Positions 10,923 to 22,264 of a DNA stretch of 64,000 nucleotides are shown in pieces. The DNA is taken from NCBI RefSeq assembly GCF_046105845.1, contig NZ_CP151004.1; one strand, written 5' to 3'. Position 1 is the first letter of the stretch, and the number at the start of each line of letters is the position of its first letter. This stretch comes from Escherichia coli. Lineage in GTDB: Bacteria; Pseudomonadota; Gammaproteobacteria; Enterobacterales; Enterobacteriaceae. The notes under the pieces are model-generated. The model was not told the origin of the DNA. It searched no databases and saw nothing but the letters and a program-made list of their open reading frames with translations. A program made the position numbers and the translations under genes.

Positions 10923-12587
10923 TTACTCGCCTACTTTCGCCCAGGTATCACGCAGCCCAACGGTGCGGTTAAATACCGGTTTTTCCGCCGTAGAATGGCG
11001 GCTGTCGAGGCAGAAATAACCTTCACGCTCAAACTGGAATGCTTTACCCGCTACCGCGTCTTTCAGAGACGGTTCAGCAAAGCCCTGTTTGATCACCAGC
11101 GATTCCGGGTTAATCACCGACAGGAAATCATCCGCAGCACCTGGGTTCGGCACGCTGAACAGACGATCGTACAGGCGGATTTCAACCGGCAGCGCATGTG
11201 CCGCGCTCACCCAGTGGATAACACCTTTCACTTTACGACCATCTGCCGGATCTTTGCTTAAGGTGTCGGCGTCATAAGTACAGAAGATGGTGGTGATATT
11301 GCCTTCGGCATCTTTCTCCACGCGTTCAGCCTTAATGACGTAAGCATTACGCAGACGCACTTCTTTACCCAGCACCAGACGTTTGTACTGCTTGTTAGCT
11401 TCTTCGCGGAAATCGGCGCGATCGATCCAAATCTCACCGCTAAACGGCACCTGACGGCTCCCCATTTCCGGTTTGTTCGGATGGTTCGGCATGGTGACCA
11501 TTTCGCCTTCGCCATGGTAGTTTTCGATAACCAGTTTCACCGGATCGATAACCGCCATTGCGCGCGGCGCATTTTCGTTGAGATCTTCACGGATGCAGGA
11601 TTCCAGTGACGCCATCTCAATGGTGTTGTCCTGCTTGGTCACGCCGATGCGTTTGCAGAACTCACGAATAGAAGCCGCAGTGTAACCACGACGACGCAGA
11701 CCGGAAATGGTCGGCATACGCGGGTCATCCCAGCCTTCAACGTGCTTGTCGGTCACCAGCAGGTTCAGCTTACGCTTGGACATCACGGTGTATTCCAGAT
11801 TCAGGCGCGAGAATTCGTACTGGCGCGGGTGAACAGGAATGGTGATGTTGTCCAGTACCCAGTCGTACAGACGACGGTTGTCCTGGAACTCAAGCGTACA
11901 CAGAGAGTGCGTAATACCTTCCAGCGCATCGCTGATGCAATGGGTGAAGTCGTACATCGGGTAGATGCACCACTTGTTGCCAGTCTGGTGGTGTTCAGCA
12001 AATTTAATGCGGTACAGCACCGGATCGCGCATTACGATAAATGGCGACGCCATGTCGATTTTCGCACGCAGGCAGGCTTTACCTTCTTCAAAACCACCGG
12101 TACGCATTTTTTCGAACAGCGCCAGGTTCTCTTCAACGCTGCGGTCGCGGTACGGGCTGTTTTTACCCGGCTGCGTCAGGGTGCCGCGGTATTCGCGGAT
12201 CTGTTCCGGTGTCAGTTCATCAACGTACGCCAGGCCTTTATTGATCAGTTCGATCGCATAGGCGTGGAGCTGATCAAAATAATCGGAGGAGTAACGGACG
12301 TTACCAGACCAGTGAAAACCTAACCACTCAACGTCGTTTTTGATCGACTCAACATACTCGATATCTTCTTTTACCGGGTTAGTGTCGTCGAAACGCAGGT
12401 TGCACTGGCCTTTATAGTCCTGGGCGATCCCGAAGTTCAGGCAGATAGATTTCGCATGGCCAATATGCAGATAGCCATTCGGCTCCGGCGGGAAACGGGT
12501 GTGTACTGTGGTGTGCTTACCACTGGCCAGATCTTCATCGATGATCTGACGAATAAAGTTAGTCGGGCGGGCTTCTGCCTCACTCAT
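10923..12587 (-). CDS. glnS: Glutaminyl-tRNA synthetase (554 aa)
   Basis: [50 protein letters not shown]..., HIGH and VMSKR class I motifs. Confidence 0.97.
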   Translation of the reverse strand: MSEAEARPTNFIRQIIDEDLASGKHTTVHTRFPPEPNGYLHIGHAKSICLNFGIAQDYKGQCNLRFDDTNPVKEDIEYVESIKNDVEWLGFHWSGNVRYSSDYFDQLHAYAIELINKGLAYVDELTPEQIREYRGTLTQPGKNSPYRDRSVEENLALFEKMRTGGFEEGKACLRAKIDMASPFIVMRDPVLYRIKFAEHHQTGNKWCIYPMYDFTHCISDALEGITHSLCTLEFQDNRRLYDWVLDNITIPVHPRQYEFSRLNLEYTVMSKRKLNLLVTDKHVEGWDDPRMPTISGLRRRGYTAASIREFCKRIGVTKQDNTIEMASLESCIREDLNENAPRAMAVIDPVKLVIENYHGEGEMVTMPNHPNKPEMGSRQVPFSGEIWIDRADFREEANKQYKRLVLGKEVRLRNAYVIKAERVEKDAEGNITTIFCTYDADTLSKDPADGRKVKGVIHWVSAAHALPVEIRLYDRLFSVPNPGAADDFLSVINPESLVIKQGFAEPSLKDAVAGKAFQFEREGYFCLDSRHSTAEKPVFNRTVGLRDTWAKVGE

Positions 12588-12750
12588 CGTGGATTCCTCA
12601 AAGCGTAAACAACGTATAACGGCGTATGATCTTATAAGCGGGACAGGCTGACAACTGTTAGTTAGTGAAAATCGAAAATCTCACTGAGATTATGGGGATG
12701 ATTGATGAAAAAAAAAGCGGCAGAGAAGATCTCCACCGCTTGTCATTGTT

Positions 12751-12780
12751 GGATGCGACGCTCAAGCGTCGCATCAGGCA
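12751..12780. repeat. REP-like palindrome in glnS-nagE spacer
   Basis: GGATGCGACGCtcaaGCGTCGCATCaggca. Confidence 0.4.
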
Positions 12781-12789
12781 TAAAGAAGA

Positions 12790-14736
12790 TTACTTTTTGA
12801 TTTCATACAGCGGCGTTTGACCCGCCACGACATGGCCCTGAGCTTTAATGATCAAGCCACTGAAATCGTCGATATTGCTGCAAACCACCGGGCTAATCAT
12901 CGAGCGGGCGTTAGCGTTCAGGTAATCCAGATCCATTTCCAGAATCGGTTGCCCTGCGCTTACCTGCGCGCCCTCTTCCACCAGACGTTTAAAGCCTTTA
13001 CCTTCCAGCGCTACGGTGTCGATACCCATATGGACGACGATCTCCGCGCCTTTTTCGGTTTCCAGGCAGAACGCGTGGTTGGTATTGAAGATTTTCACGA
13101 TTGTCCCTGCGGCTGGTGATACGACGATTTTATCTGTCGGTTTCACCGCCACACCGTCACCCACCGCTTTGCTGGCGAATGCTTCGTCAGGAACCTGATT
13201 CAGTGCCACAACATCACCGGTAATCGGCGATACCAGCTCCGCGATAGACACCGCGTTTGGTACAGCCTGCGGTTTTGCTACAGGAGCGGCAGTTGCCGGA
13301 GTTGCTTCAGCTGACGCAGCGGCTACCGGACCACGGGCAACAACTTTCTTCATTGCATCGCCAATGGATTCCGCTTTCGCGCCAACAATCACCTGAATAG
13401 TCTGTTTGTTCAGTTTCACTACCCCAGAAGCACCCAGCCGTTTACACATCGCATCGTTGACGCGAGCCGAGTCAACCACGGTCAGGCGCAGACGAGTAAT
13501 ACAGGCGTCAATTGCTTTCAGGTTGTCAGTACCGCCAACCGCAGCAATATAGTTGGTCGCCAGTTGAGTCAGACCTTCTTCCGTGTTGCTGTTGGCTTCT
13601 TCAGTAACGATCTCGTCTTCTTTATCTTCACGGCCCGGCGTTTTCAGGTTGAACATACGGATAACCAAACTGAACACCACGAAGTAGATAGCGAAGAAGA
13701 CAACACCCATCACCAGCAGCATCCAGACGTTCTGGCTGGCGGCCGGCAGGTTATACATCAACGCGTAGTCGATAGCCCCCGCAGAGAAGGAGAAGCCCGC
13801 GTGGATACCCAGCAGCGTTGCCACAAACAGGCTGATACCGGTCAGCAGTGCGTGCAGGAGGTACAGCAGCGGCGCAAGGAACATGAACAGGAATTCCAGC
13901 GGCTCAGTCACACCGGTCAGGAACGCAGTAACAGCAACAGAAAGCAGCATACCGCCAACCATCGGACGACGCTCTTTCGGTGCTGCAAAGTACATCGCCA
14001 GCGCCGCACCCGGCAGACCGAACATCATGATCGGGAAGAAGCCGGACATGAACATCCCCGCGGTGCCGTCACCGGCATAGAAGCGGTTAATGTCGCCGTG
14101 GAAAACCGTACCCGCCGCGTTGGTGAATTCACCAATCTGGAACCAGGCGATGGTGTTCAGTACCTGATGCAGACCGGTTGGGATCAGCAGACGGTTGATG
14201 AAACCAAAGATACCGGAACCCAGCGCGCCCGCAGAAACGATCCACTCGCCGCCTGCATGGATAGCGTGCTGTACCGGCGGCCAGACGTAACCAAAAATGG
14301 CCGCCAGCACCAGGCAGAAGAAGCCGGTGGCAATCGGCACAAAGCGTTTGCCGCCGAAGAAGCTCAGGAAGTCAGGCAGTTTAATATCGGACCAACGGTT
14401 ATAGGCTGCGCCACCAACCAGACCGGTAATGATACCCGCCAGTACACCCATGTTAATTTCTGGGTTGATGGTCACCATCGCTTTGGTTAACACAAAGTAA
14501 CCTACCGCACCCGCCAGCGCCGCCGCACCCGCGCTGTCTTTCGACCAGCTGGATGCCACACCGATGGCGAAGATTAATGCGAGGTTATCAAAAATCGCAC
14601 CGCCCGCCTGGGCAATAAACGCAACGTTAAGTAAATCTGGCTGACCGAATCGCAGCAACAGCGCCGCCACCGGCAGCACCGCGATAGGGAGCTGTAACGC
14701 CCTACCGAGTCGCTGGAAAAAACCTAAAATATTCAT
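12790..14736 (-). CDS. nagE: PTS N-acetylglucosamine-specific EIICBA component (648 aa)
   Basis: ORF MNILGFFQRLGRALQLPIAVLPVAALLLRFGQ..., EIIC membrane domain followed by EIIB (CITRLR) and EIIA domains. Confidence 0.95.
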   Translation of the reverse strand: MNILGFFQRLGRALQLPIAVLPVAALLLRFGQPDLLNVAFIAQAGGAIFDNLALIFAIGVASSWSKDSAGAAALAGAVGYFVLTKAMVTINPEINMGVLAGIITGLVGGAAYNRWSDIKLPDFLSFFGGKRFVPIATGFFCLVLAAIFGYVWPPVQHAIHAGGEWIVSAGALGSGIFGFINRLLIPTGLHQVLNTIAWFQIGEFTNAAGTVFHGDINRFYAGDGTAGMFMSGFFPIMMFGLPGAALAMYFAAPKERRPMVGGMLLSVAVTAFLTGVTEPLEFLFMFLAPLLYLLHALLTGISLFVATLLGIHAGFSFSAGAIDYALMYNLPAASQNVWMLLVMGVVFFAIYFVVFSLVIRMFNLKTPGREDKEDEIVTEEANSNTEEGLTQLATNYIAAVGGTDNLKAIDACITRLRLTVVDSARVNDAMCKRLGASGVVKLNKQTIQVIVGAKAESIGDAMKKVVARGPVAAASAEATPATAAPVAKPQAVPNAVSIAELVSPITGDVVALNQVPDEAFASKAVGDGVAVKPTDKIVVSPAAGTIVKIFNTNHAFCLETEKGAEIVVHMGIDTVALEGKGFKRLVEEGAQVSAGQPILEMDLDYLNANARSMISPVVCSNIDDFSGLIIKAQGHVVAGQTPLYEIKK

Positions 14737-14860
14737 CTTATTCCCCCTACGAGAACCCTATTTGGCTCGTTTAAAGCCGTATTTTTATTTTGCTGCAAAT
14801 TGTACTGCCGATGTTCTGTAATCAGATTGTTAGATCATCTGCTACAGAGTGTGTGAAAAT

Positions 14861-14881
14861 TTAATTCGTATCGCAAATTAA
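14861..14881. promoter_or_regulatory. NagC operator in divergent nagE-nagB control region
   Basis: TTAATTCGTATCGCAAATTAA, near-perfect palindrome. Confidence 0.55.
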
Positions 14882-14893
14882 AAGCGTGTCTTT

Positions 14894-14909
14894 TGTGAGT
14901 TTTGTCACC
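14894..14909. promoter_or_regulatory. CRP (CAP) binding site in nagE-nagB control region
   Basis: TGTGAgttttgTCACc, TGTGA-N6-TCAC core. Confidence 0.6.
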
Positions 14910-15068
14910 AAATATCGTTATCATCACTCCCTTTTACTGGCTAAACCAGAAAACTTATTTTATCATTCAAAAAATCAGGTCGGATTGACGCCTGTCTGCG
15001 CAAATCCAGGTTACGCTTAAAGATGCCTAATCCGCCAACGGCTTACATTTTACTTATTGAGGTGAATA

Positions 15069-17077
<2,009 letters not shown>

Positions 17078-17085
17078 GAGAAAGT

Positions 17086-18306
17086 ATGACACCAGGCGGA
17101 CAAGCTCAGATAGGTAATGTTGATCTCGTAAAACAGCTTAACAGCGCGGCGGTTTATCGCCTGATTGACCAGTATGGGCCAATCTCGCGGATTCAGATTG
17201 CCGAGCAAAGCCAGCTTGCCCCCGCCAGCGTAACCAAAATTACGCGTCAGCTTATCGAACGCGGGCTGATTAAAGAAGTTGATCAGCAGGCCTCCACCGG
17301 GGGCCGCCGCGCTATCTCTATCGTCACCGAAACCCGCAATTTCCACGCAATCGGCGTACGGCTTGGTCGTCACGACGCCACCATCACCCTGTTTGATCTC
17401 AGCAGCAAAGTGCTGGCAGAAGAACATTACCCGTTGCCGGAACGTACCCAGCAGACGCTGGAACATGCCCTGCTGAATGCCATTGCTCAGTTTATTGATA
17501 GCTACCAGCGCAAGCTGCGCGAGCTGATCGCCATTTCCGTGATCCTGCCAGGGCTTGTTGACCCGGACAGCGGCAAAATTCATTACATGCCGCATATTCA
17601 GGTAGAAAACTGGGGGCTGGTAGAAGCACTGGAAGAACGTTTTAAAGTGACCTGTTTCGTCGGCCACGATATCCGTAGTCTGGCGCTGGCAGAGCACTAC
17701 TTCGGTGCAAGTCAGGATTGCGAAGACTCCATTTTAGTGCGTGTCCATCGCGGGACCGGGGCAGGGATTATCTCTAACGGGCGCATTTTTATTGGCCGCA
17801 ACGGTAACGTCGGTGAAATTGGCCATATTCAGGTCGAACCGCTGGGTGAACGCTGCCACTGCGGCAACTTTGGCTGCCTGGAAACTATTGCTGCCAACGC
17901 TGCTATTGAACAACGGGTGTTGAATCTGTTAAAGCAGGGCTACCAGAGCCGCGTGCCGCTGGACGACTGCACCATAAAAACTATCTGCAAAGCTGCGAAC
18001 AAAGGCGATAGCCTGGCGTCGGAAGTGATTGAGTATGTCGGTCGTCATCTGGGCAAAACCATCGCCATTGCGATCAACTTATTTAATCCGCAAAAAATTG
18101 TTATTGCCGGTGAAATCACCGAAGCCGATAAAGTGCTGCTCCCTGCTATTGAAAGCTGCATTAATACCCAGGCGCTGAAGGCGTTTCGCACTAATCTTCC
18201 GGTGGTACGTTCTGAGCTGGATCACCGCTCGGCAATCGGCGCTTTTGCGCTGGTAAAACGCGCCATGCTCAACGGTATTTTGCTCCAGCATTTGCTGGAA
18301 AATTAA
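17086..18306 (+). CDS. nagC: Transcriptional regulator NagC (ROK family, 406 aa)
   Basis: ORF MTPGGQAQIGNVDLVKQLNSAAVYRLIDQYGPISRIQIAEQSQL..., HTH plus ROK sugar-kinase-like fold with CxCGxxGC zinc motif. Confidence 0.95.
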   Translation: MTPGGQAQIGNVDLVKQLNSAAVYRLIDQYGPISRIQIAEQSQLAPASVTKITRQLIERGLIKEVDQQASTGGRRAISIVTETRNFHAIGVRLGRHDATITLFDLSSKVLAEEHYPLPERTQQTLEHALLNAIAQFIDSYQRKLRELIAISVILPGLVDPDSGKIHYMPHIQVENWGLVEALEERFKVTCFVGHDIRSLALAEHYFGASQDCEDSILVRVHRGTGAGIISNGRIFIGRNGNVGEIGHIQVEPLGERCHCGNFGCLETIAANAAIEQRVLNLLKQGYQSRVPLDDCTIKTICKAANKGDSLASEVIEYVGRHLGKTIAIAINLFNPQKIVIAGEITEADKVLLPAIESCINTQALKAFRTNLPVVRSELDHRSAIGAFALVKRAMLNGILLQHLLEN

Positions 18307-18353
18307 TGTGCTTTTATAGTGGCGCTTATTGTTGTCAATATTCTGGGTAGTCC

Positions 18354-19106
18354 ATGACCATTAAAAATGTAATTTGCGATATCGACGGCGTGCTGATGCA
18401 CGATAACGTCGCCGTACCGGGCGCAGCGGAATTTTTGCACGGGATTATGGATAAAGGCCTGCCGCTGGTGTTGCTGACCAACTATCCTTCGCAGACCGGG
18501 CAAGATCTGGCGAATCGCTTTGCCACTGCGGGTGTCGATGTGCCGGACAGCGTGTTTTATACCTCCGCGATGGCAACCGCCGATTTCCTGCGTCGCCAGG
18601 AAGGCAAGAAAGCATATGTGGTGGGCGAAGGCGCACTGATTCATGAACTGTACAAAGCCGGTTTCACTATTACCGATGTGAACCCTGATTTTGTGATTGT
18701 TGGCGAAACGCGTTCCTACAACTGGGACATGATGCATAAAGCAGCCTATTTCGTCGCTAACGGTGCACGCTTTATCGCCACCAACCCGGACACCCACGGG
18801 CGCGGTTTTTATCCGGCCTGTGGCGCGCTATGCGCGGGGATCGAAAAAATCTCCGGACGTAAACCGTTCTATGTTGGTAAGCCGAGTCCGTGGATCATCC
18901 GCGCAGCATTAAACAAAATGCAGGCGCATTCGGAAGAAACGGTGATTGTTGGCGATAACCTGCGTACCGATATTCTGGCGGGCTTCCAGGCCGGTCTGGA
19001 GACGATTCTGGTACTCTCCGGTGTTTCGTCGCTCGACGATATCGACAGTATGCCATTCCGCCCCAGCTGGATTTACCCATCGGTCGCCGAAATCGACGTT
19101 ATCTGA
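18354..19106 (+). CDS. nagD: HAD-family UMP phosphatase NagD/UmpH (250 aa)
   Basis: ORF MTIKNVICDIDGVLMHDNVAVPGAAEFLHGIMDKGLPLVLLTN..., DxDG HAD motif. Confidence 0.93.
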   Translation: MTIKNVICDIDGVLMHDNVAVPGAAEFLHGIMDKGLPLVLLTNYPSQTGQDLANRFATAGVDVPDSVFYTSAMATADFLRRQEGKKAYVVGEGALIHELYKAGFTITDVNPDFVIVGETRSYNWDMMHKAAYFVANGARFIATNPDTHGRGFYPACGALCAGIEKISGRKPFYVGKPSPWIIRAALNKMQAHSEETVIVGDNLRTDILAGFQAGLETILVLSGVSSLDDIDSMPFRPSWIYPSVAEIDVI

Positions 19107-19362
19107 ATAGCAACCACGCCTCAGGGCGTGGTTTCTTATTTTTACCCATCACTAAAATTCGCCCATTTAATAAAACCCGCCCAAAATTATCGATTCATCA
19201 ATAAATACACCTCTACACCCTACCCTTTTTCATTAATCAGCAATCACCATTACGTTTTTTATTTACCCCCTGCCAAATCGCTTGCGCACAGTGCTGCTTT
19301 GCGGCATTTTTTTAAACAAGCAAACACAACAAGCAACAAATACCAGGTTAACGGAGAAGGTT

Positions 19363-21027
19363 ATGTGTTCAATTTTTGGCGTATTCGATATCAAAACAGA
19401 CGCAGTTGAGCTGCGCAAGAAAGCACTCGAGCTGTCACGCCTGATGCGTCATCGTGGCCCGGACTGGTCCGGTATTTATGCCAGCGATAACGCCATTCTC
19501 GCCCACGAACGTCTTTCCATTGTTGACGTTAACGCGGGGGCGCAACCTCTCTACAACCAACAAAAAACTCATGTGCTGGCAGTAAACGGTGAAATCTACA
19601 ACCACCAGGCATTGCGCGCTGAATATGGCGATCGTTACCAGTTCCAGACCGGGTCTGACTGTGAAGTGATCCTCGCGCTGTATCAGGAAAAAGGGCCGGA
19701 ATTTCTCGACGATTTGCAGGGCATGTTCGCTTTTGCCCTGTACGACAGCGAAAAAGATGCGTATCTGATTGGTCGCGACCATCTGGGGATCATCCCACTG
19801 TATATGGGCTATGACGAACATGGTCAGCTGTATGTGGCCTCAGAAATGAAAGCCCTGGTGCCGGTATGCCGCACGATTAAAGAGTTCCCGGCGGGGAGCT
19901 ATTTGTGGAGCCAGGACGGCGAAATCCGTTCTTATTATCATCGCGACTGGTTCGACTACGATGCGGTGAAAGATAACGTAACCGACAAAAACGAGCTGCG
20001 TCAGGCACTGGAAGATTCCGTTAAAAGCCATCTGATGTCTGATGTGCCTTACGGTGTGCTGCTATCTGGTGGCCTGGATTCCTCAATCATTTCCGCGATC
20101 ACCAAGAAATACGCCGCCCGTCGCGTGGAAGATCAGGAACGCTCTGAAGCCTGGTGGCCGCAATTACACTCCTTTGCTGTAGGTCTGCCGGGTTCACCGG
20201 ATCTGAAAGCAGCCCAGGAAGTGGCAAACCATCTGGGCACGGTGCATCACGAAATTCACTTCACTGTACAGGAAGGTCTGGATGCCATCCGCGACGTGAT
20301 TTACCACATCGAAACCTATGATGTGACCACTATTCGCGCTTCAACACCGATGTATTTAATGTCGCGTAAGATCAAAGCGATGGGCATTAAAATGGTGCTG
20401 TCCGGTGAAGGTTCTGATGAAGTGTTTGGCGGTTATCTTTACTTCCACAAAGCACCGAATGCCAAAGAACTGCATGAAGAGACGGTGCGTAAACTGCTGG
20501 CCCTGCATATGTATGACTGCGCGCGTGCCAACAAAGCGATGTCAGCCTGGGGCGTGGAAGCACGCGTTCCGTTCCTCGACAAAAAATTCCTTGATGTGGC
20601 GATGCGCATTAACCCACAGGATAAAATGTGCGGTAACGGCAAAATGGAAAAACACATCCTGCGTGAATGTTTTGAAGCGTATCTGCCTGCAAGCGTGGCC
20701 TGGCGGCAGAAAGAGCAGTTCTCCGATGGCGTCGGTTACAGTTGGATCGATACCCTGAAAGAAGTGGCGGCGCAGCAGGTTTCTGATCAACAGCTGGAAA
20801 CTGCCCGCTTCCGCTTCCCGTACAACACGCCGACGTCCAAAGAAGCGTATCTGTACCGGGAGATCTTTGAAGAACTGTTCCCGCTTCCGAGCGCCGCTGA
20901 GTGCGTGCCGGGCGGCCCTTCCGTCGCGTGTTCTTCCGCTAAAGCGATCGAGTGGGATGAAGCGTTCAAAAAAATGGACGATCCATCTGGTCGTGCGGTT
21001 GGTGTTCACCAGTCGGCGTATAAGTAA
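19363..21027 (+). CDS. asnB: Asparagine synthetase B, glutamine-hydrolysing (554 aa)
   Basis: ORF 19282..21027; internal ATG 19363 gives MCSIFGVFDIKTDAVELRKKALELSRLMRHRGPDWSG..., N-terminal Cys nucleophile. Confidence 0.95.
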   Translation: MCSIFGVFDIKTDAVELRKKALELSRLMRHRGPDWSGIYASDNAILAHERLSIVDVNAGAQPLYNQQKTHVLAVNGEIYNHQALRAEYGDRYQFQTGSDCEVILALYQEKGPEFLDDLQGMFAFALYDSEKDAYLIGRDHLGIIPLYMGYDEHGQLYVASEMKALVPVCRTIKEFPAGSYLWSQDGEIRSYYHRDWFDYDAVKDNVTDKNELRQALEDSVKSHLMSDVPYGVLLSGGLDSSIISAITKKYAARRVEDQERSEAWWPQLHSFAVGLPGSPDLKAAQEVANHLGTVHHEIHFTVQEGLDAIRDVIYHIETYDVTTIRASTPMYLMSRKIKAMGIKMVLSGEGSDEVFGGYLYFHKAPNAKELHEETVRKLLALHMYDCARANKAMSAWGVEARVPFLDKKFLDVAMRINPQDKMCGNGKMEKHILRECFEAYLPASVAWRQKEQFSDGVGYSWIDTLKEVAAQQVSDQQLETARFRFPYNTPTSKEAYLYREIFEELFPLPSAAECVPGGPSVACSSAKAIEWDEAFKKMDDPSGRAVGVHQSAYK

Positions 21028-21040
21028 GAAATGCGGTACT

Positions 21041-21066
21041 GCCCCGGAGAAATCCGGGGCTGTTTT
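21041..21066 (+). terminator. Rho-independent terminator of asnB
   Basis: GCCCCGGAgaaaTCCGGGGCtgtttt. Confidence 0.6.
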
Positions 21067-21338
21067 AGTTATTGAGCTGCTTGTTGATTCTGATACGCAG
21101 TGAGGAAATGTTCCGGATTTGCTACATCGCTGTTTGACAACTCATCACTGTAGGCCAGTATTTCATAGATTAATTTCCCACCACTATTGTTGAATTCCGA
21201 ATTTCATCCTGTATGACAAAAGAATGGCTGTAGGGTGGGGAAAAAACACAAAGTAAACAATAATTGACGAATATAGCGCCACGCTGTTCGCAACCTAACC
21301 AAACAGTCACTTTCGAGCAATTTTCCTTGAAAAAGAGG

Positions 21339-21367
21339 TTGACGCTGCAAGGCTCTATACGCATAAT
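21339..21367 (+). promoter_or_regulatory. Sigma70 promoter of the tRNA operon (stringent-type)
   Basis: TTGACG (-35), 17-bp spacer, CATAAT (-10), followed by GC-rich discriminator gcgcccc. Confidence 0.5.
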
Positions 21368-21407
21368 GCGCCCCGCAACGCCGATAAGGTATCGCGAAAA
21401 AAAAGAT

Positions 21408-21484
21408 GGCTACGTAGCTCAGTTGGTTAGAGCACATCACTCATAATGATGGGGTCACAGGTTCGAATCCCGTCGTAGCCACCA
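21408..21484 (+). tRNA. metT: tRNA-Met (CAU), elongator
   Basis: GGCTACGTAGCTCAGTTGGTTAGAGC...CTCATAA anticodon loop...GTAGCCACCA; cloverleaf, encoded CCA. Confidence 0.9.
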
Positions 21485-21492
21485 TCTTTTTT

Positions 21493-21577
21493 GCGGGAGT
21501 GGCGAAATTGGTAGACGCACCAGATTTAGGTTCTGGCGCCGCAAGGTGTGCGAGTTCAAGTCTCGCCTCCCGCACCA
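21493..21577 (+). tRNA. leuW: tRNA-Leu (UAG), long variable arm
   Basis: GCGGGAGTGGCGAAATTGGTAGACGCACCAGATTTAGGTTCTGG...CGCACCA; anticodon TAG. Confidence 0.9.
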
Positions 21578-21600
21578 TTCACCAGAAAGCGTTGTACGGA

Positions 21601-21675
21601 TGGGGTATCGCCAAGCGGTAAGGCACCGGTTTTTGATACCGGCATTCCCTGGTTCGAATCCAGGTACCCCAGCCA
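21601..21675 (+). tRNA. glnU: tRNA-Gln (UUG)
   Basis: TGGGGTATCGCCAAGCGGTAAGGCACCGGTTTTTGATACCGG...CCCCAGCCA; anticodon TTG. Confidence 0.9.
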
Positions 21676-21709
21676 TCTTCTTCGAGTAAGCGGTTCACCG
21701 CCCGGTTAT

Positions 21710-21784
21710 TGGGGTATCGCCAAGCGGTAAGGCACCGGTTTTTGATACCGGCATTCCCTGGTTCGAATCCAGGTACCCCAGCCA
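21710..21784 (+). tRNA. glnW: tRNA-Gln (UUG), second copy
   Basis: Identical sequence to the copy at 21601. Confidence 0.9.
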
Positions 21785-21799
21785 TCGAAGAAACAATCT

Positions 21800-21876
21800 G
21801 GCTACGTAGCTCAGTTGGTTAGAGCACATCACTCATAATGATGGGGTCACAGGTTCGAATCCCGTCGTAGCCACCA
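21800..21876 (+). tRNA. metU: tRNA-Met (CAU), elongator, second copy
   Basis: Identical sequence to the copy at 21408. Confidence 0.9.
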
Positions 21877-21924
21877 AATTCTGAATGTGTCGAATAAGTT
21901 CGGCAAATTCACAAACCAATTTGT

Positions 21925-21999
21925 TGGGGTATCGCCAAGCGGTAAGGCACCGGATTCTGATTCCGGCATTCCGAGGTTCGAATCCTCGTACCCCAGCCA
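21925..21999 (+). tRNA. glnV: tRNA-Gln (CUG)
   Basis: TGGGGTATCGCCAAGCGGTAAGGCACCGGATTCTGATTCCGG...; anticodon CTG. Confidence 0.9.
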
Positions 22000-22036
22000 A
22001 TTTATTCAAGACGCTTACCTTGTAAGTGCACCCAGT

Positions 22037-22111
22037 TGGGGTATCGCCAAGCGGTAAGGCACCGGATTCTGATTCCGGCATTCCGAGGTTCGAATCCTCG
22101 TACCCCAGCCA
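22037..22111 (+). tRNA. glnX: tRNA-Gln (CUG), second copy
   Basis: Identical sequence to the copy at 21925. Confidence 0.9.
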
Positions 22112-22114
22112 CAT

Positions 22115-22147
22115 TAAAAAAGCTCGCTTCGGCGAGCTTTTTGCTTT
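22115..22147 (+). terminator. Rho-independent terminator of the tRNA operon
   Basis: aaaaaAGCTCGCttcgGCGAGCTttttgctttt. Confidence 0.7.
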
Positions 22148-22159
22148 TCTGCGTATATT

Positions 22160-22262
22160 CAATGTCGAATGCGATGTTGACACGTCTTATCCTTCAAAGT
22201 CGGATGCGACGCTGACGCGTCTTATCCGACCTACAGTTGGCACGCATCCGGCAATGTTGTAA
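22160..22262. repeat. REP-type palindromic units between tRNA operon and ubiF
   Basis: gtcggatgcgacgctgacgcgtcttatccgacctac and ggcacgcatccggcaatg. Confidence 0.5.
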
Positions 22263-22264
22263 GG

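Noticed and set aside
10733-10972. 79-codon plus-strand ORF in the chiP-glnS spacer
   Set aside because: No RBS; it spans the glnS terminator and a REP element and runs into the glnS 3' end.
13564-14490. 308-codon plus-strand ORF
   Set aside because: Antisense shadow of nagE; His/Arg/Gln-rich, no domain.
21455-22183. Small ORFs (60-116 codons) on both strands across the tRNA array
   Set aside because: They overlap the tRNA genes; their repeated MAGVPGFEPGNAGIKNRCLTAWRYP peptides are just translations of the duplicated tRNA-Gln sequence.
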